In this document: piece by piece, positions 38,604-55,477 of the stretch | Numbering within the stretch: the first letter of the stretch is position 1 | Layout: each line of letters begins with the position of its first letter | Assembly (NCBI RefSeq): GCF_009914755.1 | Contig: NC_060928.1 | Reading direction: 5' to 3' (one strand) | DNA from: the human T2T-CHM13v2.0 reference genome, Homo sapiens | Length of the DNA stretch: 64,000 bases | Made by a program: the position numbers and the translations under genes | Notes under the pieces: generated by a model | What the model saw: only the letters and a program-made list of their open reading frames with translations | Database searches by the model: none | Told to the model about the DNA's origin: nothing

Positions 38604-39091
38604 TGCTGAGACCAGCTCGGTCAGGGAGGCCCTAACCCAGCGGCACTAGAGGAATTAAAGACACACACACATAAATATAGAGGTGTGAAGTGGGAAATCA
38701 GAGGTCTCACAGGCTTCAGAGCTGAGAGCCCCGAACAGAGATTTACCCACGTATTTATTAACAGCAAGACAGTCATTAGCATTCTTTCTATAGATATTAA
38801 ATTAACTAAAAGTATCCCTTATGGGAAACAAAGGGATGGACCAAATTAAAGGAATAGGTTGGGCTAGTTATCTGCAGCAGGAGCAGGTCCTTAAGGCACA
38901 GATCACTCATGCTATTGTTTGTGGCTTACGAATGCCAGGTGTTCCTTGCCCTCATTCCCGTAAACCCACAACCTTCCAGTTTGGGCGTTAAGGCCATTAT
39001 GAACATGTTACAGTGCTACAGAGATTTTGTTTATGGCCAGTTTTGGGGGCAATTTATGGCCAGAATTTGGGGGAGGGGGCTGCTGCCAACA
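38604..39091 (-). repeat. 5' LTR (MER9-type), 488 bp
   Basis: Aligns by eye to 32195-32713 with about 35 substitutions and 4 indels; immediately followed on the minus strand by the PBS. Confidence 0.93.
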
Positions 39092-39415
39092 CTGCGGGCT
39101 CTCTCAGAATGCAGAGGCTTCTGCTTTTTCACGAAATTTCTCTTTGCAAGGCTCAAGAACATCCAATAGAGATTTCCCATCACAAAGACTGGGTAACCCT
39201 TTCCTGAAAAGAAAGGTAGAATCATTTCAACAACCCCTCTTCCTTCCTTAGTAACATAGAATGTTGATTGTCCTGAGTTCCAGAGCCTCAAAGAGCACCC
39301 AGCATAACTGTGGGAGAATAGTAAGCATTGGACACAAAATGGTAAGGCAAGTGCTTGAAGCGACATTTTCTTTTTCCCTTTACTATCCCGAGATGATTAA
39401 TCTTTTGAAGGTTGA

Positions 39416-39737
<322 letters not shown>

Positions 39738-40676
39738 TGAACATTTTTTTTAATGGTTTAGAGATGATGAGTGTAAATCCATGCCTTCTGGTGCCTGAAG
39801 GGCTTGTTTGAGCTGGAACGTCCTTGACTCGGGAAATATCACTGTGTTCAGAGCTCACCTCCCTGTGCATCACACAAAGCGTGCTCTTCCAGAGCTTCCT
39901 GAGCTGAGGTGCTTGTTAACAAGAGTATCTTGACTGAGGTCAAGACTAGTCACCTTTTTCAAATTCAGGTGATGGCACCAAATTCTTGGAGGGCTTTGGC
40001 AATTCGGCCTAGGTAATTTGTCCTTCGGGAAAATTGCTGAAATACACCAAAATATATAAAAATCCATTTTTTAAATTTCATCACATAAAAGGAAGTCTAC
40101 AATGAGATTTTAAAATTAAATTGTGTAGTAGATTTCCATGTGGGTAGTGGAGCCCACTTTTTCAAACTTTCCTGTGGTACAATTTTCATTAACATCTTCC
40201 TTGGGTACTCAAGAGATTCACTGCTGCTAGAAAGTAACAACTGTAAGACTCCATGTAATATAGCAGGGTTTTATTTGATGGTCCAGAAGAAGAAAGGAAA
40301 AAAATTACAAACAAAATCTTCTTGAAATTCCAAAAGACTTGGCAGTCAGAAATGGAACATTCTATCAGAACTGTTGAAGGATACTGAACAGTTGATTCAA
40401 ACAGTCTTTGTGAATTTTTCAATTAAAAACAGAAGTGAGGACTTGGGTTCCCATTAATTAAGTCTATTTATTAAGCCAGCACAAAGTGTCACTTCTTTTT
40501 CCATTCAAGGAAAAGCTGACCTTCTGGTACGGAAGAGCATGAGCAGTGAGTGAGCAGTGCCCATGCGTTGTGAGGCGGCCTCCATGGTATAAGGTGAGGC
40601 CCTGCCCCGACCTGGGGAGCACAGAGACTGGAGAATTAGACAGTGTTCCCATCCCTGGATCTATAGCATCAAGTGA

Positions 40677-41028
<352 letters not shown>

Positions 41029-44016
41029 CCAGCCAGCTTTTAAAAGGAAGAAAAAAGCAACCCTCCTCCACTCCTCTCCAGCCCCCGTGAAGACCAGCAT
41101 CTTTTCAGAAGACCAGGAAAAAACAGCCTCGGGCACTCAGTACGGATGGGCAGGTGCCGGGCCTGGTGCTGTCACTGAGGGGCAGCCCAGCAGGGTTAAA
41201 GGGGAGGTGGCCCAGCTCCTCCAGGACCCGGGAGACCTGACACAGGCACACTCAAGTGCGCCGGATAAAGAGGCTACAAAAACATGGCAGCCCCTAATGA
41301 GATATTTTTGCGCTTGGGCGAACGAAGGGCTGCTTCAGGAGGCTAGTGACGAAAAACCTGCCTGGCTTTTGTGCGGAGAAACGGCAGGCCCTTTCCATCC
41401 TTTTCTGGGGGGTAGGTTCTAAAAAGAAGGCCTTTCGGAGTCTTCACGAGAGATGTGGATTTTAAGGGCGACCTTAGGTCATACAGAACTAATCAAGCGA
41501 AAACAATAAGAAAATGAGCCTGACAGTCAGCAAGTATCTGAGGACTTTATCAAAAAGAATTAGAAATGGACAAATTCACTGGGAGCTGCAAAGGATCAAA
41601 TCTGCAAGGTGGCATTGTGTGGCTGGGATTAGATTATTTATTCATTGTTAATTTATTTATTTATGTATGTGCAAATGACCTTGCTGCTGCAGATGCTAAG
41701 GCGCCTCTGAAAAGGCCGGGATTTTTAGATCCAGGCCTAGAATATGGGTCCATTTAACTCATTCTTTCCTTAAGGCGATCAGCACTGACTTTTATCTAAG
41801 GAGATAGAGGAGGAAAAACCATATGTGTTCAGGGAACGATGCAGGACTCAAGCAGTCCTAAGGACCCAAGTATTTCAGCTTCATTCGAGATTCTGGGGAA
41901 GACTCCATGCAGTTGAATGTCCAACAAATTAGCAAATGAATGCTTATGTCAATATGTGAAAAATCCTGGTTAGTTTAAACAGATAAAAAAGCCTCTGGGG
42001 AAACCCCAGAAAATGCAAGCTCTTTTTCTTTCTCTTTTTAGTTAATTTAATTTAATTTTTAAAAGAAGGTACAGCACTTCCGGAGTTCCATGGAAACCCA
42101 CAAAAGTTACACAAAATAAAAAGGTCTAATGGATCCTTGATCTTGTACATGCTTGAAATCGTCTCAGTGCGACCACTGGAAGAAATAAGGAGATTGAATC
42201 AGCCATTCTCTGTATCGTGTTCACTATTGAATAGTGCCCTGCCCAAACTGAAAAGCAGAGAACCCATCTTCACCTCCTATACACGCCTAAGGAGTGAAAA
42301 ACAAATAATTACTCTGTATGTATGACAACATAGTTTGTAGAGGGAACCTGAGGGTTAAATCAGTCATGATCTTATTTTCTCTAGGTTTAGGCAAATAATG
42401 ATGAACAAAAATGGTCAGTCTGTGTTCCTGCTGACCCAGCACAGTGGGGACGCTGTGTAGGACATGACCTTTGGGGGAAAGGACACAAGAACTCAGCGTG
42501 GGGGATCCAGAAAAGAAGTCGCACGTATTGAAGCCAGTAACGCCAAGCCAGTGAATTCTCCTTGACGAGAAAGACCCACTTACTCTGCAGAAGAGATATA
42601 TGACAGCTGACAATCCCTGGAGGAGAATCTTTCTACTAAATTGGTAAGGGATGCTAAGCAAATGATGTGGACTCAGGAAACAACGCATTTCATGATATAC
42701 GGTTGCCTCTCAAGGTGAATTCGAGACCCCTCTTGAATTACAAAGAGGTAAGCTGTCTCCAAAAGGGGAGAAAATGAAAGAATGAAAAAAGAAAAAAAAA
42801 AACAAGGGAAACTCCTTCAAATAGAACAGCAAGATCTCTCACATATTCAGTTGTTCTTGGTCCTTAAAATATTTAGCACCCAAGTGCTGATTAAGTTCTA
42901 AAGGTGAAAAGGGAAAACGTAGAGGACTTTTCTATACTGCTGAACATCATTCATTTATTCTCCACTATTTTGAAAGTGGGTATTTTGGCACTAAATACCA
43001 AACTACCTAAAGAGTAAAACCTTCAGAATAATTTATCTCCTCATAAATCAGCTTGGACTTACCTAAGAGTAAAGGGATAGTCAGTCTAAAATCAATAACA
43101 GTTATAAGCCAAACCTTCATAAAATTATGAATTCCTTAGGTGTGTTTTCAACTTTTAAATCCCATAATTAATTTTCCTGTGTTAAAGTTTTATTTTGTTT
43201 GTGGCACGTTGCAATGTAGTGATATATGCCTGCTTTGAATAGGAATTTTTAAATCACTTATTCCTAGTTAGGTTTTTATTTGTAATATGGATAGTGCTGC
43301 TTGAAGTAGTAACACTCCACTTTTAAGTTTTCCCCGTAATGGATAGATAAGCCTTCTTTCCCATGATTCCAAATAATGAGCATTTTATTTTAATACTGTG
43401 ACAGAGTGAAGAAAAGGAGTAAACGTAAAGATCTACCCCAATGTATTTTATAAAAACATCTACTTGGAAATACCGTGGTTTATTATTCCTGGCGACACAA
43501 CTTGGCATTTTTTTCCCCTTTCTGTTGTGCTTCATTTTATTGCGCTTCACAGATACTGAGTTTTTACTTTTTTTCTTTTCTAGTGTTTCTTTGTTATTTC
43601 TTCAGCTTTTATTTTAAGTTCCTACTCACTTGCAAATTTTTTTACAGAGTACGAATGAATGCCTGAAAGTCAAAGTATATGTACCCCGGAACAACTTGTC
43701 ATTTAAAAACAAAAACAAAACTTTGACATTCAGGCCTTCATTTGTACTCTGTAAAAAATCCGCAAATGAGTATTTTCTGAAGGGAAGGAAAGAAGCACCT
43801 TTATCATTTTGTTATTCTCTTGTTATCTGTGAAGTTTGATTTCTTGGAAACTACCAAGAAAGAAATTAGCAGAAATCATCACAGCAAGACTCTTTAAGGA
43901 ATGGATGGAATTTAGAAAGGAATTAGCTGGAAAAAAATGCAAAATTTTTAAGTGCCAATTTTCCATTTAATTTTCACCAGCAATCCCCATTTCACGAATG
44001 CTGTTTCTGAGCTTGA

Positions 44017-44363
<347 letters not shown>

Positions 44364-44669
44364 CTGAATTTTATCATTAAAATACTTTGTTTTCCATTGA
44401 GTGTTGGGACATCTTTTTGTTGATAACTGCTCATGCAGAACACGAGCAGATGTTCTGGTTTTGTGAGGGCATCATAGATAGGATGCTGCTCCTTAGTGGT
44501 GGGAGATTCAGAGCTGGCAAAGAAATTCAAAAGTTATCTTTTATAAGCCCGAACATCATACAAAGCAACTAAAGCAAAATGCATCCATATCTTACCATGC
44601 TCACCCTTTCCAAGTCATGCACAGGTGTTCATTCTCTCTTTTTATTATGATAGCAGTAAGCAACAGCAA

Positions 44670-44910
44670 CATGTATTGATGCCTTAGAATATTCCAGGCA
44701 TTGTGCAAAGCAATTATCATAGAATACTTCCTTTCAGACTCAGAATAACCTGTGAGATAGCTATGATTATTTCCATTTTCCACAAGAGGAAACTAGTCAT
44801 CAACAAGGCTAAGTAACCCTTCCCAGGTCAGATAATAGTGAATGGCAGAGCTGGGATTTGAACTTGTGCCAGTCTAATTGCAGAGCCCAAGCTCTTAGAT
44901 ACTATGTGCC
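44670..44910 (-). mobile_element. MIR
   Basis: AATAACCTGTGAGATAG...GAGGAAACT...GGCAGAGCTGGGATTTGAAC. Confidence 0.75.
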
Positions 44911-45274
44911 TGCCTCTTTTAAGCACGGTTCACTTCTGCTTCTTGCTTTTAAATGCTTAAAAATGATTCGATTCTACATTGCACAATTTCTTCTAATGAA
45001 TTCGACCTCAGCATTAACAGGCCATACAAGTGTACTTTCTGTAGGGTGGCTTGATTTGTCCCTGGAGATGTTGACAGGATTCTGTGAAGGTTTGGGTGGC
45101 TACTTCCTCCTTTCCTCTAGAAGCTCTGGCCCTTTCCTAATGGCAATTCTGCTCACCAGCCCCCAGCTTCCTCTCTCATGGCTCCCATCATGCCCAGACC
45201 CACCATTTTCTTTTCTCTGCCTTTTTCTGCTTTATTAGATCTTCTCTCACCTAGTACTTAATACTGACTGCTAA

Positions 45275-45470
45275 TAAGAATAACAAACATTTCTATATGT
45301 GCTCAGCACTGTTCTAAAGGATTTATATGTACTAAGTAGCTATAACCTCATAACAACCCTACTGCGGAGGTACAGTCATTGATCCTCATTTACACATATG
45401 GAACGGAGACACAGATTGAGTCACTTAACAAAGGTCACACAATTAGGAAATGGTACAGGTCATGATCTTA
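45275..45470 (-). mobile_element. MIR
   Basis: CACTGTTCTAAAG...CCTCATAACAACCCT...AAGGTCACACA. Confidence 0.7.
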
Positions 45471-45849
45471 ACCAATGTATTGTGTCGTGTGATGGCACCT
45501 TGAGTGATGTGCTTGTGTGCTTATTGTCTGCCTCCTATTTTTAGTGTGTAACAGGAGAGGAATTTCCATGTTGCTCACCAGTGGATCTACAGTCTTTAGA
45601 AGAATGCCTAGCATACAGTAGGTCCCAATAAATACATGTTGACTGACAGCTTCTCTCCCATCTTGGCTTATCAAGGGCATTTCCCTGATCCTTATTGAAA
45701 CTGCGGTAACTCAATCCCATCTTTACATTCACGGGATGAAATGGTCATTCATAGAGTAGTGTAATCTTCAGGTCTTTTGCTCTCTTCAGGTTTGAAGTTT
45801 GGGGTGGTGAGGGAACTCAAAGGTCTCTGAGATGGAAGAAACCTTACAG

Positions 45850-46312
45850 ATGTGCTTCTCCGCCCTGCTCAGTACCTTACAAAGGTCATCCCTCCCTGCA
45901 AACTTCATCCCCTGAGCTCCTGTGCCTCTGCGTTCGAGCTCGATTTGCCAGTGAGAGACAGCAGGAAATGGAGGCCGGGAAGTTCTAGCCCAGCTACTTC
46001 TTTGCCTTGGCACCACAATTCTGCCAGAGGCTGCTCCCTCTGGAACTACCAGTTCCTGCTGCGGGGGGGTCTCCCTTCCAGCTGTTGCTGACCACTCTCC
46101 TACAGCTCCCTTGGTCTCCTTGAACAGCACTGTTCCGCTTTGCTCCCTCAGGCCTGATGGTGGGGCCTTCCCACTGTTGCTTGTTCTTGGGTACTTCAGT
46201 ATCCTTTGTAGGCTTCCTCAATCCTGCTCACATCTCTGTAAATAGCTCTTTCATTTGATACGCTTCAAAAATCCCAGCTGAAAATTCCTTCTTCCTGTTG
46301 GGTTGCTAATAC
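45850..46312 (+). mobile_element. Old ERVL-type solo LTR (LTR16-like, tentative)
   Basis: 3' end CCTGCTCACATCTCTGTAAATAGCTCTTTCATT...TTCCTGTTGGG...TAATACA. Confidence 0.55.
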
Positions 46313-46904
46313 AGAGACCACTTGGTCCAAATTCCCATCAAATGCAGCAATCTGCTCTGCAACATCCCCAGCCTCTATTTACCCACTTCCAGCATTCCAA
46401 GGCATCTATTCCATTCATAGACCGTCCTATTATTAGAATGTTATTCCTACTATTAAAATGTTATTCCTTTTTTGGAGGCAAAAATGTTATCCCTTTTTTG
46501 GAGGCAAAAAAGTTCTGCTTCCCATGAAATGCTATTTCTGTCATCTGAAGCACACAGAATAAGCCTCCTCTTTCCTCTACCTGACAGCCCTGTAAATATT
46601 GCAACACAGCTGTCATGACCTCCCCCAAATCTTCTCCTCTCCAGGCTCAATGCATTCCACTTATTTTCCACTTTACATTTCTCCATGCTCCCATTTAAGC
46701 ACCTGAAAATGAGGGAGTAAAGAAATGGGAGAATGAATTTATAATAGTGGATAGGTGTGAGTGGTAGGATCAGGAAACCAGGAAGGAAGCGGAATCTCCA
46801 GATTTCTGGACTTATCCCTGAGGCTCACTTGTCAGCTTCCCACTATACCTCTTTTATTGTTATTACTGCTTAAACTCATATCACTTCATCATTCTCTTTT
46901 TTGC

Positions 46905-48150
<1,246 letters not shown>

Positions 48151-48524
48151 TTCAACCAGTTATTAACCCCCTATGTACTTCAGTTCCCCTTACCTCACCT
48201 GCTCATTTCCTTCCATCTGTGAAGCTTGATCGCTTGGATCCAAGATGAGGGCAAAATGTATTAGCAGATACATTCAGTAACTTTTACACATACCAAGTTC
48301 CCTGCCCCCAGCAAGCCAGCCATAAGTACCAAGAACTTATGAAACTTAAGAGGAAGTTGAAAATTAAACTTGCAGTCACTGCTTATACCTCCCTCTTTTC
48401 CAGACACATACAAAGAAATCAGATTTAAATTACAGTTACCTTTGAGGTAAGAATTATTATTACGATTTCATAGACAAAGGAACTGAAGCTTGAAGAGGTT
48501 AGACAACTTGTTCAGAATCCTACA

Positions 48525-49810
48525 ACTCAACACCAAAAGCACAAACCATAAAAGAAAACATTGATAAGCTGGACTAGATCAAAATTTAAAACTTTTGTGC
48601 TTAAAAGACACCAATGGGCTGGGTGCAGTGGCTCATGACTGTAATCGCCAACACTTTGGGAGGCCAAGACCGGTGGATCCCTCGAGCCCAGCAGTTCAAA
48701 ACCAGCCTGGGCAACATGGTGAGATCCCCATCTCTACCCAAAATACAAAAATAGCTGGGTGTGGTGGTGCACACTTGTAGTCCCAGCTACTCCGGGGGCT
48801 GAGGTGGGAGAATTACCTGAGCCCAGAAGGTCAAGCCGTAGTGAGCTGTGATTGTGCCATTGCACTCCAGCCTGGTTGACACAGTGAGACCCTGTCTCAA
48901 AAAAAAAAAAGACACGATTGAGAACATAAAAAGACAAGTCACAGGCTGGGATAAGATGTGTGCAAATCATATATGTGATAAAAGACTTAAATCTAGAATA
49001 TATAGAGAGCATTTACAATGACCAACACATAGAAAGTTCTTGCCAAATGACCAAATTTTTTATATGAGCAAAAGATTTGAATAGACATTTTCCCAAAGGT
49101 GAAATGTCAATGTCTAATATATGAAGAAAAGATGCTCAAAACTATTATTCATTAGGGAAATGCAAATTAAAACCAGAAGAAGATACCTCTAGACACCCAC
49201 TAGGATGGCTATGATGAAAAAGACAGACAATAACAAGTGTTGTTAAGGAAACAGGGAAATTGAAACCCTTATGTATTGCTACTAGGATTGTAAAATGGTA
49301 CAGACACTTTGGAATGCAGTTTGGCAGTTTCTTAAAAACTTAAACAAACGAATAATACAACCCAGCAATTCTATTTCTAAGAATCTATCAGAAAAATGAA
49401 AATCCATGTCCACACAAAGACATGTACACAAAAGTTTATAGCACTATTATTCATGCTAGTCAAAAACTGGAAACAGTCTAAATAGCTATCCACTGATGAA
49501 TGAATATGCAAAATATGGTACATTCCTACAATGGAATACTATTCAGCAATGAAAAGGAATGGATTTCTTTACATGCTACAACATGGATGAACTTTAAAAC
49601 CATTAAGCGCAAGAAGTTAGACACGAAATACATACTGCATAATTGATTCCATTTATAGGAAATATCTAGTAAAAACAAACTTACAGAAGCAGAAAGCAGA
49701 TGGAAATGTTCTAAAACTGGTTTGTGGTGGCAGTTCCACAACTCAACAAATTTACTAAAATCACTTACAATGGGTGAATTTTATCATACGTAAATTATAC
49801 TTCAATAAAC
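48525..49810 (+). mobile_element. Old L1M 3' region with nested Alu (48617-48910)
   Basis: CATTAGGGAAATGCAAATTAAAACC, CAATGGAATACTATTCAGCAATGAAAAGGAA, terminal AATTATACTTCAATAAA. Confidence 0.85.
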
Positions 49811-50429
49811 CTCCTTGTAAAATCACACGACTATTAAACGGTAGCACAAGTTGTAAAGAAAGTTATCTTCAAAGACCTATGATTAGTAAACCTACTCAAA
49901 GACATAGGATGTAGAATATATAAGTTGGTGCTGGAGTTCCTCCACCTCCCTAAAAATTAACAAGAAGCTTATTTGGGGGATTGTATTAAACAATCATACT
50001 TTAGTTAATTCTTTCATTAAAGGCCATTAGTTATTTTATAGCCTTTTACTGTGTTTTAGATGTCTCACAGTTTTACGTCAGTCTATTATATTCCCTGAAG
50101 ACTTTGTTAAATATATACAGTGGATGTATTTTTGTGATTTTAGTTTAAATTTGCTTTATATGAATTCTTACAGTTGAAAACATTCAAGTACGGAATAAAC
50201 TATTACTGCGAATACGCTCATATGACACAAGAACAATCTCTGAGCTTCTTTGAGGATGTCCAGATGACTGCTGACTGCACTAATTGCATCAATCGTGTAT
50301 CCATACAGGTTCTTTCTATAAAATAGTGGTCGCTAGTTATGAGGCGTTAAGCCTTCATGGATATAAACAGACTATTCCACCTAAGTGATCTGGCAGAAGC
50401 TTAGTTTTCTACCACAACATCCACCGTCC

Positions 50430-51205
<776 letters not shown>

Positions 51206-51278
51206 AGGTCTAACAGAAAAAGATCCAATGGAATCCTTTCTCTAAGGAATGAGCGGAGAGAGGAGAGCAAGGCAATGA

Positions 51279-51662
<384 letters not shown>

Positions 51663-52141
51663 TAACGACTACACCTGCTATGCTGGAAACCACCTCAATA
51701 ACGAGATTCATAGAACTATACTTAATAACTGCTCCCTAGTGATACAGCAAAAGGTGAATACATACACATCAAATGTTCACGTCCCAAATCTGGTTTATTT
51801 CTTCCAACATAAAGATTGGAGAATTATTGTAAGGTGAAAGCTAAGTCCATCAAGGAGTCCCTGAAATGCTGATCTAATCAGAAGAAGCTTCTTAAAATTC
51901 TCAAACTCTGCAGTTTCTTAAAATTCTTAAAAATACAGTGCTTGTTGACCATATGTAAGATGAATATATTATCTAGATCCTCTGTCTTTTCTCTGAATTA
52001 TGTACCACTCAGACTTAGACTCACCAAGACCTACATGTGCTAGGCCTCTCACGTGCTAGTTAATGAACATAATATAGTAGCTATCTTAATGCCATGTGCA
52101 GATAAATGTTTCATGATTTTTTTGTGTGAGAAAAATGTGAA

Positions 52142-52444
52142 TTTTTTTTTTTTTTTTTTTAGGCAGGACCTTGCTCTGTCACCCAGGCTGTAGTGCAATG
52201 GTGTGATCTCAGCTTACTGCAGCCTCAACCTCCTGGGCTCAAGTGATCCTACCACAGCTTCCTGAGTAGCTGGGACTACAGGTGTGTGCCACCACACCTG
52301 GTTAATTTATTTTATTTTATTTTTGTAGAGATAGGGTCTCACTATGTTGCCCAGGCTGGTCTTCAACTCTTGGCCTCAAGTGATTCTCTTGCCTCAGCCT
52401 CCCAGAGGGCTGGGATTATAGGCATGAGCCACCACGTCCAGCCT
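52142..52444 (-). mobile_element. Alu (AluJ-like)
   Basis: Antisense dimer, AAATGTGA on both flanks. Confidence 0.92.
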
Positions 52445-53356
52445 AAATGTGATGAGTTTTAGACCTATGATAATGGTTTGCTGGTGGTAGTACAGGGCAG
52501 ATAATGCATATGCCAGTATCTTCAGTGAGGAATTGCTGCAAAGCATAGGTGGGTTCACTGGTGGAATAGAGTGTGGATTGGTAGTTTGGGCTCTAGTGCA
52601 GATGTATTGCCAATTTTAGGCTTAGAGATCTAACAAACATACTTAGATTCACACAAACATTAATTCCTGCCCTCATATCATATGGCCGGCTCTCAAGATG
52701 ATGCCGAAGAAAGACAAGAAGCATATGTGGTCAACATGGAAGTTTAATTTGGACCTTACTCATTCAATAGAAGATGGAACTTTTGATTCTGGAAATTTTG
52801 AACAGTTTCTAAAAGGTTAAAATCAATGGAAAAACTGAAAATCTCACAGATGTTGTTAACAGTGAATGCTTCAAAAATAAAATCACAGTTGTTTCTGAGA
52901 AACAATTTTCTAAAAGGTCCTTAAAATGCCTCACCAAGAAATACCTTAGGGAGAACAATCTTCGTGATTGGCCTTGAGTGGCTGCATCCTGCAAGGAGCC
53001 TCACTGACCTCACTGCCTCCCCATCAGTCACAGTGAAGATGGGTGAGCCTGAGGAGCAGGTAAAGCTTCCTTCCAGGGCTTTGCTTACCAATACAACAAA
53101 TCGAGCATACACGAGAAAGAAACATCTAGAAATTGACTTTCAGTTTATTGGTGAATAAAAACATTGTACTCTTTAAAACATTAATTCCTGAAATTAATCT
53201 TCCTTAGAAGCCTCATCTTTCTTGAGTCTCAAATTTCTTCCCTGTTCCAGAAAGAAAGTGGACAATATGACCTCTGCGGTTCCCTTGCTGAGGATATGAA
53301 TTCTCTTCTGGAAGTGACCAAAACATAAAAATATAAATTAAAATAGTGCATATACG

Positions 53357-53648
53357 GCTGGGCGCGGTGGCTCACGCCTGTAATCCCAGCACTTTGGGAG
53401 GCCGAGGTGGGCGGATCACGAGGTCGGGAGATCGAGACCATCCTGGCTAACACGGTGAAACCCCGTCTCTACTAAAAATACAAAAAATTAGCTGGGCGAG
53501 GTGGCGGGCACCTGTAATCCCAGCTACTCAAAAGGCTGAGGCAGGAGAATGGCGTGAACCCGGGAGGCGGAGCCTGCAGTGAGCCGAGATCGCGCCACTG
53601 TACTCCAACCTGGGCGACAGCGAGACTCCGTCTCAAAAAAAAAAAAAA
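53357..53648 (+). mobile_element. Alu (AluY-like)
   Basis: TSD AAAATAGT(G/A)CATATAC. Confidence 0.95.
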
Positions 53649-55448
53649 TAGTACATATACACTAAGTAAACACATTGTCTTCAGATTTGATGAAATGGAA
53701 ATGTTCTGGGAAAAAACCGACATGCTTCAGGATGTACGTAGTAAGCAAACGATTTGGCTATTGAGACAAATGACCTTTCCCTTAAGATTTCAAGTCGCTA
53801 GTTATTTTAGACCTTGAAAGTTGAAAGTACTACGTTAAAACTAAAAATACATGTTACTGTGGAAATCAAAGGCGGACTTGGCATGTACGTAGTTGTCCAA
53901 TCTTAATACTTTCAATAGACCTTCTTAGATACAGATACTTCGGCTATCTGCCCTGGCTGAGAGAGCCACACACCAAGCTTATCCTACTGGGTGGCTAAAT
54001 GCAATCTGTGGGAAATAAAGTGGTTACAAAGTCCTTCTGCTTGTGGCTTGTCTAAACGTCCTCCCTACAGTTTAATGCACGGTATGTGGTCATCCTGGCT
54101 AGTAAGCCTAACCTGGCCAGATGGAAACAACCCAGTGTAGTTTAGAAATTAGAAAGTGTGACTGCAAGCCCCTGGGCTGATAGGCCGAAGGAGTGGTTTA
54201 CTTTGAAATTCTGAGAGCCCAGAGTCCTCTCACAAGGTACATCGTAAGTTCCTAGACTCCTAAACCTCTCTGAAATCCATTTGGTTCATCAAGAACTAAC
54301 TAGGCAGTCATGACAAAGGTTACATAGTAACAAGTGGAAAAGGCATACTGTGACTCACACCAAATAGGCTGTGATTTTCCTAGTAAGTAACATTGCTCCT
54401 TGCACACTAAATTATCCCATATGAATTTCTATGTCAATTTTTTTATTGCTGAAGTCATACAGGCAAATTCTGAAATGGGCGAATCTCTAGGAACAGAGAC
54501 TAGATCACTGGTTGCCTGTGGCTGGGGTAGGAGATTGACTATAAAGTCTGGGGGAGGCGTTCTGGTTCTTGAGTTTGAAAGTGATGTACATTTATCAAAT
54601 CCACATTCAACTGTGTACGTAAGAGGTGAATTTTATTGTATGTAAATTATACCTCCATACACCTGAGTTCAATTTTTTTTGAATCATACATCAAAAAACA
54701 CAAACCAGATAATCATATTTGATCCAATTCTCTGGGTATTTTAAATACCCCACACGCATACAAAAACCCTGGCTAGAATCAGTATCTCAGCTGCTGACAT
54801 AAGTATTAGACCAGAAGGACAGCAGACGAATGACACCTAACATTTGCAACCAGTGCTGCCATGAAGTCTCACTGAGATAAAACAACATTTTACCATCCAC
54901 TGCATGGAATATGTTCAGCAGTGGGTAACATAAGAAATTAGGCCAGAACACTAGATCATAGTTATCTGGGACTCTAATGTGGAGTTAGTCCAGTCTCTAA
55001 AACTCTTAACATTTATTACCCTAAAATTCTGTCATGAGTTTCAGGATGCATTAATAAAATGCTTGTTTATTTCTTTAGGCACTTTGATGAATGCCTCAAT
55101 AGCATTTTCTTAATTTTATTATGATCAATCACTAATAATTTTTTCTATGTATAATATTTCAAAACTTTTCAGTCTGCCTCAGTAGATTTTCCCCTAGGCT
55201 TTTCCATGCCAGCACTGCTAAACTTACACATCTGAACTTACTGACCAGCTAAATGTACTAACAGGTCTCAGTGTTCATGTGATATAACATGCTCTGAAAG
55301 AATTAGCGTAAGATTGTAGCATTTCATTCCTTACACTGAAAAGACAAATTTTATTGCAAAATCAAATATCTAAAATTATGTTCCTAGATAATATCTAAAA
55401 TTCTTTTCCTACACTAAGAAATACATTTTACACCTTAACCCAGTATAG

Positions 55449-55477
55449 ACACACACTCACACACACACACACACACA
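55449..55477. repeat. (CA)n microsatellite
   Basis: About 14 units with one interruption. Confidence 0.9.

Larger units (their letters stand above)
32195..39091 (-). mobile_element. Endogenous betaretrovirus-like provirus HERV-K(HML-3)/HERVK9 with MER9 LTRs
   Basis: Two ~0.5 kb direct repeats with TG...CA ends, order PBS-gag-pro(dUTPase)-pol-env-PPT on the minus strand, and 5-bp TSD CTGCA (32190-32194) / CTGCG (39092-39096). Family assigned from the LTR start TGTTGGGAGCAGGGCCCCCCAAAATCTGGCCATAAAC and Gag start MGQVWGLV. Confidence 0.92.

Noticed and set aside
32195-39091. Replication-competent or HML-2-type provirus
   Set aside because: LTRs are about 0.5 kb rather than about 1 kb; there are stops or frameshifts in gag, pol and env, and env is deleted.
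42398-42440. C-box/D-box-like motifs (ATGATGA...CTGA)
   Set aside because: Too short and no convincing terminal stem; no snoRNA supported.
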